A DNA stretch of 64,000 bases, taken from NCBI GenBank assembly GCA_049510745.1, contig JBEKYR010000007.1, positions 64,001-128,000 of the forward strand. Reading direction: 5' to 3'. Below, one piece after another: positions 49,515-59,343 of the stretch (positions are counted from its first letter, which is position 1; each line of letters opens with the position of its first letter). A program made the translations under genes and the position numbers. Source of the DNA: Verrucomicrobiota bacterium. GTDB taxonomy: Bacteria > Verrucomicrobiota > Verrucomicrobiia > Limisphaerales > Palsa-1400. The notes beneath the pieces were generated by a model. It ran no database searches. It saw only the letters and a program-made list of their open reading frames with translations, and had not been told where the DNA came from.

Positions 49515-50806
49515 GGCGACTTTTTCGCGCGGAAAGGCGCGCCTTTCTCCATCAATAGCAGTTGCTCGCCATTGGCGGAATAATTGCCCCAGTCCACCCG
49601 AAATGAATTCGTTGTGACCGCGCCTTTTCTCAATACCAGTATGCGGTCAATCAGAACCGACGACCGCTCGCCGTGTTCGGCGGCGTCATACTCCCATTTG
49701 AGCGAGTTGAAGACGAGCATGGGGCGGTTGTGGAGTTTGTAAGTGTCATTAATAATGCCCTCGATGTCAAAACCCTCTTTTTGCGCTTCCTCCGCGATGA
49801 GCAACGCGGAGTTGATGACTTTGACCGCGCCGTTGGCGCGGGTTTTCTTCACGTCGCCGACCACGATAACGAACGCGGAGTCCGGCTTCATGATGCGAAA
49901 CATTTCCCGGCAGACGTCGCGCATGAATTCGCGGTACGTATTTTCCAAGCCCGAACGCATGAGTTTCTTTTGCTCTTCGCGCCGCTTGTCGCCCAGCCAC
50001 CAAACACGCAGCCAGTTGTTCCACGAATAGTCCAGAACGCTTAGATAGGGCGGCGAAGTAAGAACAAAGTCCACACTCTCGTCCGGCAGCGGCACGGAGC
50101 GGGCGTCGCCCCTGAAAATCGCTCCTTTTCTGTCCGGAATCCCGGCACAGAGGCTGCGTTGCGCCTTGTTCATGGCACACTCGTAAACACCCCGCTCCGG
50201 CTTGACGAGTCCGTGTTCTTTGACGTAACGCTCCACATAGCCCGGCGTCGAGGACACGGTGTCCTTCATGCTCAACGAGAGAAACATATTCGACGGGCCA
50301 TGCAGAATCCCGCAAACCACTCCTTTCAGGAAGACGGCCTCGTCTGAATCGTCTTCCATCAGCACTGCCCGCAAGCGCAGGATTTCATCGAGCGTCTTCT
50401 CGGAATAAAAGATCAGCAGGTTCGGATCGTCCAACAATGCCAACCGCTTCGGTTGGCCGTCAGCCTCCCTCAACTTCTTTTTCAAATAACATTCGAACTC
50501 GCGCAACTCCATCGGCCGCGTTTTCGCCCGGGAAAGCGTATAGGCATAACCAAAGGCGTCGCTGGCGCTCGCCCGCCGATTCGAGAGCAGGGCCTCCAGC
50601 GGAGTTGTCCCTCCGCCGGAAAAAGGGTCGAACACCGTTTGTCCCGGAAGCGAATACTGCTGAATGAAAAAATGCGCCAGACTCGGGGGATATTGGCCAA
50701 TGTATTGCGAAAGCTTGTGCAAAGGATGCCCCCAGCCACGCGGAGCCGCCTTCCAAGTTGAAGGCAGTTGCGAACTGTCAATAAACTTTATCTCCCCGGT
50801 CAGCAT
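49511..50806 (-). CDS. DNA amino-methyltransferase (probably N4-cytosine, alpha-type motif order)
   Basis: Motif I DPFSGGGTT precedes motif IV TSPPY, with a long intervening region. Confidence 0.88.
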   Translation of the reverse strand: MLTGEIKFIDSSQLPSTWKAAPRGWGHPLHKLSQYIGQYPPSLAHFFIQQYSLPGQTVFDPFSGGGTTPLEALLSNRRASASDAFGYAYTLSRAKTRPMELREFECYLKKKLREADGQPKRLALLDDPNLLIFYSEKTLDEILRLRAVLMEDDSDEAVFLKGVVCGILHGPSNMFLSLSMKDTVSSTPGYVERYVKEHGLVKPERGVYECAMNKAQRSLCAGIPDRKGAIFRGDARSVPLPDESVDFVLTSPPYLSVLDYSWNNWLRVWWLGDKRREEQKKLMRSGLENTYREFMRDVCREMFRIMKPDSAFVIVVGDVKKTRANGAVKVINSALLIAEEAQKEGFDIEGIINDTYKLHNRPMLVFNSLKWEYDAAEHGERSSVLIDRILVLRKGAVTTNSFRVDWGNYSANGEQLLLMEKGAPFRAKKSP

Positions 50807-50836
50807 CGCATCATTTACGTAGCACAAGTCTGACGA

Positions 50837-50864
50837 ATTCTATTTAGGCCGATGGGGGTGTCAA
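50837..50864 (-). promoter_or_regulatory. Sigma-70-type promoter of the methyltransferase
   Basis: Minus strand TTGACA-N16-TAGAAT. Confidence 0.65.
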
Positions 50865-50914
50865 GCGGCAACTTCGGTGATTTCGATTTTCGCCGGATTT
50901 TCGTTGAATGGCGC

Positions 50915-51150
50915 TTGACGCGGGCGGCCGTTGAGGGCATTGTTCCGCGCAAGAAATGCGACTGACGGGAACAATTTATTTTGGCAAGCGCGCAGGCTGG
51001 AGCCTGGGGATGGCCCGGCGCGTCTCCCGTCCCGCCCGGCAGACGGCCCCTAAAGTCAATCACCCCGGCCAGCAGGAGGAACCAGCCTAGCGCCAACCGT
51101 CCAAGGATTTTTCCAGCCTGCTTGCCGAAAGGCCGGCGGGCTTTTTTTTT
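50915..51150 (+). promoter_or_regulatory. Promoter and structured leader/attenuator of the MFS gene
   Basis: TTGACG-N17-CATTGT; uORF 50956-51090; antiterminator 50983-51001; terminator 51115-51150. Confidence 0.7.
51115..51150 (+). terminator. Intrinsic terminator 3 nt upstream of the MFS start codon
   Basis: AGCCTGCTTGCC-GAAA-GGCCGGCGGGC followed by T9. Confidence 0.85.
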
Positions 51151-51153
51151 GCC

Positions 51154-52422
51154 ATGAACACAATCGAGCCAACCTTGCTGTCGCGTTTGCGGGCGCTGCC
51201 GCGCCCGGCCTGGATTCTGTTTTTGGGGACGTTTTTGAACAAGTTCGGCACGTTCGTCCTGCCGTTTCTAACCCTTTACTTGACTCAGCGCGGGTTTACG
51301 CTCAACGACGCCGGCCTGGCCATCAGCGCCTACGGCGTGGGCAGCCTTATGGCGTCGGCCCTCGGCGGACACCTGGCGGACACGATCGGGCGGCGCAAAA
51401 CCATCGCGCTCTCGATGTTCTCGGTGGCGGCGGCGATGATGCTGTTGTCGCAATCGCGCAGTCTGCCGGCCATCGTCGCGGCGACGTGGCTGGCGGGGCT
51501 GACGGGCGAGTTGTACCGGCCGGCGAGCAGCGCGCTGCTGGCGGACCTGGTGCCGCCGGAATTGCGGGTCACGGCCTATGCCGCCTACCGGATGGCGTTC
51601 AACGCGGGGTTCGCGTTTGGCCCGGCCACGGCGGGCTTTCTCGCCACGCGCGGCTATTTTTGGCTGTTCGCGGGCGACGCGGGGACTTCCGCTTTGTTCG
51701 GTTTGATTGCGCTGGCCGCGTTGCCGCGCGGTCTTCACACCCGGCGGGAGGAAGGCGGTTGGAGCGACGATGTCAAGGAGATGGCCGGGGACGGGAAGTT
51801 TCTCCGCGTCTTGTGCGGGGCCTTTTTCATCGCGCTGGTGTTCCTGCAAATCAGCTCGACGTTCAGCCTGCATGTCACGCGCCTGGGTTTCCCGGCGGCG
51901 GCCTACGGCCTGATCCTGTCGCTCAACGGCGTGCTGGTGGTGTTCTGCGAACTGCCGTTGACCTCGCTCACCCGGCGCTTTCCGCCGCGGTTGATGATGG
52001 CGGCGGGCTACTTGCTGATCGGGGCCGGGTTTTCCCTGAACGCCTTGGCGCGCTCGGCGCCGGCGCTGGTGGCATGCGTCGTCATTTTCACCCTCGGGGA
52101 AATGGTGACGATGCCCGTTTCCTCCGCCTATATCGCGGATTTGGCGCCGGCGCATCTGCGCGGGCGTTACATGGGGGCGTATTCGCTGACGTGGTCGGCG
52201 GCGTTGATCTTCGCTCCGCAAATGGGCATGAGGCTCTTTGGCGTGGCGCCGGCGGCGCTGTGGCTGGCGTGCGGGGCGCTGGCGGCGCTGGCGGCCATCA
52301 TCATCGTGCCGTTCTCCCGCGGCGGCGGCGGCTACGGCCCCAGCGACACCTGCACCAGATCGGCGGGCCGGAGCCATTGGGCGAAGGCGGCGCGGACTTC
52401 AGGTGCTGTCAACCCTAAATAA
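51154..52422 (+). CDS. MFS transporter (drug:H+ antiporter-like)
   Basis: GGHLADTIGRR motif A; about 12 TM segments; AP.HLRGRYMG. Confidence 0.92.
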   Translation: MNTIEPTLLSRLRALPRPAWILFLGTFLNKFGTFVLPFLTLYLTQRGFTLNDAGLAISAYGVGSLMASALGGHLADTIGRRKTIALSMFSVAAAMMLLSQSRSLPAIVAATWLAGLTGELYRPASSALLADLVPPELRVTAYAAYRMAFNAGFAFGPATAGFLATRGYFWLFAGDAGTSALFGLIALAALPRGLHTRREEGGWSDDVKEMAGDGKFLRVLCGAFFIALVFLQISSTFSLHVTRLGFPAAAYGLILSLNGVLVVFCELPLTSLTRRFPPRLMMAAGYLLIGAGFSLNALARSAPALVACVVIFTLGEMVTMPVSSAYIADLAPAHLRGRYMGAYSLTWSAALIFAPQMGMRLFGVAPAALWLACGALAALAAIIIVPFSRGGGGYGPSDTCTRSAGRSHWAKAARTSGAVNPK

Positions 52423-54989
52423 TACCGCGCCGCCCGCACCGGCTCGTCCAGCGGCAGGTCGTGGCCGGCCCGAAAAAGCCAGCCCTGGGCCACGCGCCCG
52501 ATGCTCGATTCGGAAAGCGGAATTTCGCGCAGGAGCAGGCCCTTGGCCTGGCTCAACTCCTCCGGTGTCACCTCCCGCTCCTGCATCGCCTTCAAATTGC
52601 TCAAAATGATGGCGCGCGCTTTGCCGACGTTGGGTGGATCGCACGCGTAGGAAACGCGGTAAATCGAGCGGCGCTGGCCGAATTGCAGCGCGGAATCGAC
52701 GAAATAGACCAGCCCGGCTTCCTCGCGCAGGTCGTGGTAGAGGCGCGTGGCGTAAAAAGCCCCGCCGAGGACGTGGTTGCCCAGCTCCAGCGCGTAGCGG
52801 TCCGCGTCGCCCAGGGTCAGGCCGACCGTTTCCGCCAGCACGACGTCGTCCTGCACGCGGCTGGCGTCGGGGACGCGCGTGGTCCAGGGTTTGTTGGGCG
52901 GGACGGCGGGCGGGATCGTCGGCGGCTTGGGTCCTTGCGCGGTCCATCCTCCAAAGTATTTGTCGATCGCAGTGGCGGCGCGTTCCGGGGTGACGTTGCC
53001 GATGACGACGATGGCAGCCAGGTCTGGGCGGAAGGCGTCGTGATGGAAACGGACCACGTCCTGCAGCTTGAGGCGCTTGATGGTGCGCGGGGTGGCCTGG
53101 CGCTGCGCCGGATCGTTGGCGGGGAACAGACCTTTCTTCATGGCGCGGTTCTGGAGGTAGGAAGGGCTTTTCAACTGGCCGGCCACCTCCGCCGCCAGGG
53201 AATGCTGAACGACGGCGAAGTCCTTCTCCGGCAGCGCGGGTGACAATTCGTTCTCGGCCAGCAACTGGACGCCGCGCTCGAAATTCTCGGACAATACCTG
53301 CAATGAAAAATCCGTCCCGGCCGATTCATTGGCGGCGATGTCATCGAGCGCCTTCTGAAACGCCAGGCGGTCGAGCGACTTGCTGCCGTAAGAGAAAAGC
53401 TGCGACAACACGCCGTCCACCCCTTCCTTGCCCTTGGCTTCTTCCAGGTCCGCGTTGCATTTGATCCGGCCATAGACATTGACGCTGTCGCTGGCGGATT
53501 CGGGCTGGACGATGAGGGTGAGGCCGTTGGAGAGAACGGTGACAACCGGATTGAGGGTGGAATGAGGCGGTTCGAGCCGTTGCACCGCGCGCATGGCCCA
53601 TTCCGGCAGCTTGACGGCGGTGGTTTCACCCGCGGCGAACGATTCCTTGCCGCCAAAACTTTTTTCGGAAACGGGCTTGCCCGAGGGCCGCGGCGTCAGG
53701 ATGGCGACAATGGCGTGATTGGTATCCAGATAGAGCCGGGCCACGCGGTTGACATCGGCGGCAGTGACCTGCCGGATGGCCTGCACGTCGTCTGCCGGAG
53801 ATTGGCGGCCCTCGACCGCCACCGCCTGGGACCAGGCCATGGCGAGGCCGGAGACGGAATCTTTCTGGAATTCAAGGCCGGCCACTTCGCGGCGCTTGGA
53901 GGCTTCCACCAAATCCCCGGAAATGCCGTTGCTGAGTTCGGTGGCGAGAATGTCGCGCATCTCCGCCAGCAAGGCGTTGGCGTTGGCGCCCGCCGGGAAG
54001 CCGGCAACAGCGTAACCCAGCCCGGCGCGCGTCAGTGTGTCGTAGGAAAATGAGGCGGAGAGCGCCTTGCCCTCCGGCACCAGGCTGTAGAGCCGTCCGC
54101 GCTGGCTGCTCAAGGCATCGGACATGACTTGCGCCGCCGCGTAATCGGGGCTGTCCGAGCCGGGCAGGCGGAAGGCGATGACCGCCATGCCGGTGGGCAG
54201 GTCCGTATCGAGCCGGATGGTCTGGGGCCGCACCGGTTGAAACTGGAAATCCGGCTTCGGAGGAAGCTCGCCTTTCGGCACGTCGCCGAACAACTCCTTG
54301 ACGGCGGCCAGGGCCGGTTCGGGCTGAACGTCGCCGCAGATGACCAGGACGGCGTTGTTGGGGACGTACCACGAGTCGTGGAATTGTTTGAGCATGGCGC
54401 CGGTGGTCTTGTCAAATGAAGGGCGTGATCCCAGGGCGTCCCGTTCGTAGGGCGTCCCCTTGAAGACAATCGCCAGAAGGTTGGTGTAGAAAACGTATTC
54501 GGGGTTGGACAAATCCTGGGCGACCTCCTGCTCGATGGCGCCCCGTTCCTTGCCCCACAGCGCCTCGGTGGACTCGATGCCGCGCATGCGCACCGCCTCG
54601 ATGTGGAGAGCGATGTCCAAATCTTCGGCGGGCGTGGTGAAGAAATACTGCGTGACCATCTGCTGCGTGTCGGCATCGAAATCCCCGCCGATGGCGGCGC
54701 TGAGATTGGCCAATTGCGCGGCGGAAAGGCCGGGGCTGCCGCGAAACATCATGTGTTCCTGGGCGTGGGCCATGCCGGGATAATCCGCCGGCGTCTCATC
54801 GGAGCCGACTTGATAATTGATGACCGTGGTGACGACAGGCGCCAGAGGATTGCGCACGATGACCACGCGCAAACCATTGGGCAGGACCGCCCGGGTGACA
54901 TTGTCTTCGGCCGCCGCGGCGGGGCGGACGCAGGGGGCGGCCAGCGCCAGGAAGCAGGCCGCCCTCGCAATCTTCGCGAGATTATTCAT
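52332..54989 (-). CDS. M16 (pitrilysin/PqqL-like) zinc peptidase, exported
   Basis: Signal peptide; L.NGLRV, GMAHAQEHMMFRG (HxxEH), second half L.NGL, LREE.GLVY. Confidence 0.92.
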   Translation of the reverse strand: MNNLAKIARAACFLALAAPCVRPAAAAEDNVTRAVLPNGLRVVIVRNPLAPVVTTVINYQVGSDETPADYPGMAHAQEHMMFRGSPGLSAAQLANLSAAIGGDFDADTQQMVTQYFFTTPAEDLDIALHIEAVRMRGIESTEALWGKERGAIEQEVAQDLSNPEYVFYTNLLAIVFKGTPYERDALGSRPSFDKTTGAMLKQFHDSWYVPNNAVLVICGDVQPEPALAAVKELFGDVPKGELPPKPDFQFQPVRPQTIRLDTDLPTGMAVIAFRLPGSDSPDYAAAQVMSDALSSQRGRLYSLVPEGKALSASFSYDTLTRAGLGYAVAGFPAGANANALLAEMRDILATELSNGISGDLVEASKRREVAGLEFQKDSVSGLAMAWSQAVAVEGRQSPADDVQAIRQVTAADVNRVARLYLDTNHAIVAILTPRPSGKPVSEKSFGGKESFAAGETTAVKLPEWAMRAVQRLEPPHSTLNPVVTVLSNGLTLIVQPESASDSVNVYGRIKCNADLEEAKGKEGVDGVLSQLFSYGSKSLDRLAFQKALDDIAANESAGTDFSLQVLSENFERGVQLLAENELSPALPEKDFAVVQHSLAAEVAGQLKSPSYLQNRAMKKGLFPANDPAQRQATPRTIKRLKLQDVVRFHHDAFRPDLAAIVVIGNVTPERAATAIDKYFGGWTAQGPKPPTIPPAVPPNKPWTTRVPDASRVQDDVVLAETVGLTLGDADRYALELGNHVLGGAFYATRLYHDLREEAGLVYFVDSALQFGQRRSIYRVSYACDPPNVGKARAIILSNLKAMQEREVTPEELSQAKGLLLREIPLSESSIGRVAQGWLFRAGHDLPLDEPVRAARYYLGLTAPEVRAAFAQWLRPADLVQVSLGP

Positions 54990-55048
54990 GCCTCAGTTTT
55001 GTGGATTGGCCCGAAGAGGTCAACGCCCGAAGGACGAGAAGTGAATTA

Positions 55049-56329
55049 TCAACAATAAACCAAAAGGGACTGCGAGATGGGGTTGATCCGGTCGTAGTTG
55101 AGGAGTTTGTCGATGTAGGTCGCGGTTAAGCGCTGCCCGTCGGGGATGAGGAGGATGCCGTTTTCGCTGTAAATTCCCTCGGCCAGGACCATGCCCGGCT
55201 GCAATTCGCCCAGGCGGACGGCCCGCTGTTTGCCCGGCACCACGGCTTTGGGGACCGAACGCAGAAAGATGCGCACGGCGTCCGGATCGAAGGCCGAGCC
55301 GCTGCCCTGGCTGATCATTTCGCTGGCGAGCTTGGGTTCCAGACTGCTTTCGGCATGGGCCACCGCCACCGCCAGCAAACGCCCCAGCCACGGGATTCTT
55401 TCCCCGCGCAACCGGTCGGGATAGCCCGCGCCGTCAAAGCGCTCGTGATGGCTGCGAATGGTCGGACCGACGGCGGTGAGAGGATGGGCGAACTTGGCCA
55501 ATTCCTCGCCGAGAATCGGGTGATGGTGAATCAAGGTCCATTCCGCGTCGCTCAAGGACTCGGGCGCCTCCTGCCATTTCTTGATTAACTGCCGCGGGAC
55601 GCCGACCAGGCCGATGTCGTAAATGTGGCCGCTGATTTCGAGGGTCTGCTTTTGCTCGGCGGTCAGATCGGCGCCGGCGGCCATGGCGGCGCAGAGGGCC
55701 GACACCCTTTTGGCCTGGTTTCCCAGGGTGGGATAAAAGGTACACATGGTTTGCACGCACAGAACGACCGACCGGCGCAGGTTCTCCTCCTGGGCGTGGG
55801 CGAATTCCTGCAACTGCGCGTTTTGCTCGGCCACGCGGGCGACCTGCGCCTCCAGCGCCCGGTTCAGTTCGCTCAACTGCGCGTTCATGGCCTGGGTGGC
55901 GGCCTGGAGCCGGGCGTTCTTGGAGATTAACTCGTGCCGTTGCACGGCGCTCTTGACCGTCGCCAGCAATTCCTCCCGCAGCCACGGCTTGACGATGAAC
56001 CGGTAGATTTCCCCCTTGTTGATGGCGTCGATCACCGTGCTCAGGCTCAACACGGCGGTGATGAGGATGCGGGTGGCGTCGGGCTGTGCCTCGCGGACCT
56101 GGGCCAGAAATTCCAGGCCCGATACCATCGGCATCTGCTGGTCAGTGATGACGACCGAGAATTGCTCCTCCTTCAGGACGCTCAGGGCGTGGATGGCGTG
56201 CGGAGAGGCGACTACGCGGTAGCCCTCGCGCAACAAAGTGTCGCGCAAGGCCACCAACACAATCTCTTCGTCGTCCACGATCAGGATCGGACGCGCCGCC
56301 TCGCCCGGATTGTGTGGGTCCAAAGACAT
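55049..56329 (-). CDS. Response regulator with HD-GYP-like output domain
   Basis: ILIVDDE, TDQQMP, FIVKPW; coiled coil; YDIG, HHERFDGAGYP. Confidence 0.9.
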   Translation of the reverse strand: MSLDPHNPGEAARPILIVDDEEIVLVALRDTLLREGYRVVASPHAIHALSVLKEEQFSVVITDQQMPMVSGLEFLAQVREAQPDATRILITAVLSLSTVIDAINKGEIYRFIVKPWLREELLATVKSAVQRHELISKNARLQAATQAMNAQLSELNRALEAQVARVAEQNAQLQEFAHAQEENLRRSVVLCVQTMCTFYPTLGNQAKRVSALCAAMAAGADLTAEQKQTLEISGHIYDIGLVGVPRQLIKKWQEAPESLSDAEWTLIHHHPILGEELAKFAHPLTAVGPTIRSHHERFDGAGYPDRLRGERIPWLGRLLAVAVAHAESSLEPKLASEMISQGSGSAFDPDAVRIFLRSVPKAVVPGKQRAVRLGELQPGMVLAEGIYSENGILLIPDGQRLTATYIDKLLNYDRINPISQSLLVYC

Positions 56330-56337
56330 TCGCCTGC

Positions 56338-58329
56338 TCAGCTCTTTTGATCAAAAAATGATTTCAGCTTCAGTAACATATCGGCTTCGGACAAGTCCGG
56401 GTTAAGGAGCAAATCAACGCCTTTGAGCAACTGGCTGTCCAGATCGTCCTGGTTGCAGCCGGCCAATTTCAAGACGACTTTCAGGTCTTTCTTTTGCTGG
56501 CGGACCTCGCCGGGCAGTGAATTGAGGGCGGGGTCATTGGGCTCGGCCAGGAGCAAGACGCCCGCGAACTGGTAATCGCTGGAATGCAGCAGCTCGCCCA
56601 GGCTGTCGGTGGAAGCGGCCACTACGATGTGGTAATTGTGGGATCGGAGCAACTCGGCGGTTTTATCGAGCATTTCCCCGGGTTGGCCCACCAGCAGCAG
56701 GCTGCGGCGGGCCAGGGGGGTGCGGCGGGCTTCTTCCTCGACCCGCGCGGACTCCGAAAAATCCGCCTCCGGCAGCCACAATTGGAAACTGGCGCCCACC
56801 GCCTCTTTGGATTCCACCGAGATCAGCCCCTGATGTTTCTCGATGGCGATGCGCGCGTTGTAGAGGCCCAGGCCGGAGCCTTTGGCCTTGGTGGTGAAAA
56901 ACGGATCGAAAATCGAGGCCAGATGCCGCTGCTTGATGCCGCAGCCGGTGTCTTGAATCGTCAGGCAGACACACGGCAACCGCGGCGTCACTCCCTTCTT
57001 GTTTTCCAGGGCCGGCAACGCCTCGTGCCGCGACGTGCGCAAGGTCAGGCGCCCCCCTTGGGGCATCGCGTCGGCCGCGTTGAGCATCAAATTGATGACC
57101 ACCTGCCGGAATTCCACCACGTCCAGGTAAACCGGCAGGGGCGCGCCGGCCAGTTCGGTTTTCACCTGGATGCGGCGGGGCAGAATCTTGGTGACCAGTT
57201 CGACCAGGTCGTTGGTGATGTCGTTCAGATTATGGTAATTGCGCTCGCCGGTCTGGCCCAGGTGCAGGTTGATCATGCGCTGCACCAATTGGCTGGCCTG
57301 CAACGAACTTTTCTTGATGAGCGACAACCCTTCGTGAAACGGATGCGCCGGCCGGAGGTCGCTCAAAAACGATTCGCTCAACGAATGGATGCCCGCGATG
57401 ATGTTGGTAAAGTCGTGCGCCATCCCCAGCGTCAGCACCGCCAGCGTTTCCTTCCACGCCGCGGTCGAAAGCCGCTTTTCCGCGATGGTCTGCCGGGTCA
57501 CGTCCAGCCACACCACTTCGTAGCCGAGCAGCAGGCCGCTCTGCGAAATGGCCGGCTGGCGGTGCTCCAAAATGTAGGCGACCCGCCCCGTCTGGGCGTG
57601 GCGGATGCGATAAGTATTGGTGACAGCGCTGCTGGTCAGGACGGCCCGCTTGAACTGGTGCTGCAATTCGGCCGCGTCGGCCTCATGCACCACGTCCCAG
57701 AAACGTCCGGGCTTGCCCGGCCAGTCCGCCGCGTCGATGCCCGTCAGCTCCTTGATATTCGGGCTGGCAAATTGCAGGCTGAAATCCGGCCGCTGGCTGA
57801 AAATGACGCAGGGCCAGCGGCGCGTCAGCCCTTCCAGGCGCGCCTCGGCCCGCAAGAGGCGCACGAACATTTCCCGCCGCGCGGCGTCGTTGCGCAAATG
57901 CTCGTCCCAGATGCCCTCTTCCAATTCGGCCAGCGGCGGGAGGGTCGAACTGAGACGGACGAACCGGTTCTGGGCCGCGCGCGCCGCTTCGAGCGTGAAC
58001 CACTGCGCAGGATGGGAATGCGCGGCGGTCAATTTGAGGTTCAGGCGCTCGAACGCCGCCGTGCTTTCCCGCACCGGGGCCAGCGATTTCTTCCATTCGG
58101 GCGACAGCGCGCCCATCGTGTCCCAAAACGATTGCCCGACGAGGCTGCCGGGAGCTTTTTCCAGCCAACTGCTCAACGGCTCGTTGATCTCCAGCATCCG
58201 GCCGGTTCCATCGAGCAGGGCGATGCCGCCCTCCAGCCAGCTCCGGGGCATGAACGATTCCAGGGATTTTTTTGGCGCCGGAGCGTTCTTGGCCGGTTCG
58301 ACTGTCGGCAGATCGACTTGCACGTCCAT
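56338..58329 (-). CDS. Cytoplasmic PAS-domain histidine kinase with a degenerate C-terminal receiver
   Basis: PAS (VHEAD, YRIRH, DVT); H-box GMAHDFTN, NLMLNAADAM, DTGCGI, FDPFFTTK, GSGLGL. Confidence 0.9.
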   Translation of the reverse strand: MDVQVDLPTVEPAKNAPAPKKSLESFMPRSWLEGGIALLDGTGRMLEINEPLSSWLEKAPGSLVGQSFWDTMGALSPEWKKSLAPVRESTAAFERLNLKLTAAHSHPAQWFTLEAARAAQNRFVRLSSTLPPLAELEEGIWDEHLRNDAARREMFVRLLRAEARLEGLTRRWPCVIFSQRPDFSLQFASPNIKELTGIDAADWPGKPGRFWDVVHEADAAELQHQFKRAVLTSSAVTNTYRIRHAQTGRVAYILEHRQPAISQSGLLLGYEVVWLDVTRQTIAEKRLSTAAWKETLAVLTLGMAHDFTNIIAGIHSLSESFLSDLRPAHPFHEGLSLIKKSSLQASQLVQRMINLHLGQTGERNYHNLNDITNDLVELVTKILPRRIQVKTELAGAPLPVYLDVVEFRQVVINLMLNAADAMPQGGRLTLRTSRHEALPALENKKGVTPRLPCVCLTIQDTGCGIKQRHLASIFDPFFTTKAKGSGLGLYNARIAIEKHQGLISVESKEAVGASFQLWLPEADFSESARVEEEARRTPLARRSLLLVGQPGEMLDKTAELLRSHNYHIVVAASTDSLGELLHSSDYQFAGVLLLAEPNDPALNSLPGEVRQQKKDLKVVLKLAGCNQDDLDSQLLKGVDLLLNPDLSEADMLLKLKSFFDQKS

Positions 58330-58390
58330 GAGATTCAGTTGCCCCAGCTTAGGACTTCCGGGGCGCAACTCAATCTCAAAATGCAACAGA

Positions 58391-59317
58391 TCAGAATGCT
58401 TTTATCAGCGTCAACGCCACCGTGTGCCCTTGCGCGCGGCTGTCCGCCATGAACTCATAGTCATAGCGCAACGACACAAATAACTTCATGCTTGGAAACG
58501 CGGCGCTGATCTCGGGACCGATTGCCGCCACCCGGCTGTAGGGAAATTCCTGGGCTGCAAATTGAATCCCCGCCGACGGGTCGTCTCCCTTGCTGGCCGT
58601 AACCCTCTGCTGGTAATAACCCACCACTCCACAATCAATCGTCTTGGTGACCGACTTGCTCACGCCCCATTCCAGCGTGTAAGCCTGCCCGGGTGTTACG
58701 TGCGTGTCGCGGTCCTCGGTGTTGAACTCATACCGGCTCAACGCCGAAACCGCCCAGGTCTTTGCCTCGTCGGGATACCAGGTTGCCCCCGCCGTCAGCA
58801 TCGGCGTCCAAAAGCCTGACCCCACGCGGGTCGTAGACGGACTGGCTGAATCGCCCGTCGGCATAAAGAGACCGACCCCCGCCGCCAAGTCGAATTGTTT
58901 CGGATGCCACGAAAGGGTGCTCTCGGCGAAGAGGTCGCCGATCCCAAAGGTGCCCTTGTCGAAATACGGACCTCCCGACGGACCCGCCTTCACGCTGAGG
59001 TACTGCAGCGGAAGCAAGGCGTCCACGCCGACGTTGCCGCCGAGCAACTTCGTGTCGGTGATCCAGATCGCGCGCGGCACGTTGGCATATATCAGCATGT
59101 CGAATTTGCCCGGGGCCTTCTGCCCGGCCGGGTCGTTCATCTGATCGGCCACATAGCACAGGTTGTAGTCCTTGACGTAAAAGCCGGGCGGCGGCAGCGA
59201 CGCGCCTTTGATTCCTTCAAGGCCTGTAACGTAATGCGCGTCGGGTTGGGCCTGGAGCGCGCCGGGAATGGCCGCCAGCGCCACGGCGAGGAGACAACGA
59301 ACGATATGAATTTTCAT
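58391..59317 (-). CDS. SphA/COG4313-type (MetA phenol-degradation family) outer-membrane channel
   Basis: Signal peptide; G.EG....LPPPG.Y, GIGD, PTG, alternating beta strands, C-terminal Phe. Confidence 0.8.
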   Translation of the reverse strand: MKIHIVRCLLAVALAAIPGALQAQPDAHYVTGLEGIKGASLPPPGFYVKDYNLCYVADQMNDPAGQKAPGKFDMLIYANVPRAIWITDTKLLGGNVGVDALLPLQYLSVKAGPSGGPYFDKGTFGIGDLFAESTLSWHPKQFDLAAGVGLFMPTGDSASPSTTRVGSGFWTPMLTAGATWYPDEAKTWAVSALSRYEFNTEDRDTHVTPGQAYTLEWGVSKSVTKTIDCGVVGYYQQRVTASKGDDPSAGIQFAAQEFPYSRVAAIGPEISAAFPSMKLFVSLRYDYEFMADSRAQGHTVALTLIKAF

Positions 59318-59343
59318 TGGATTTTGGTATTGTTGACTGTAGT

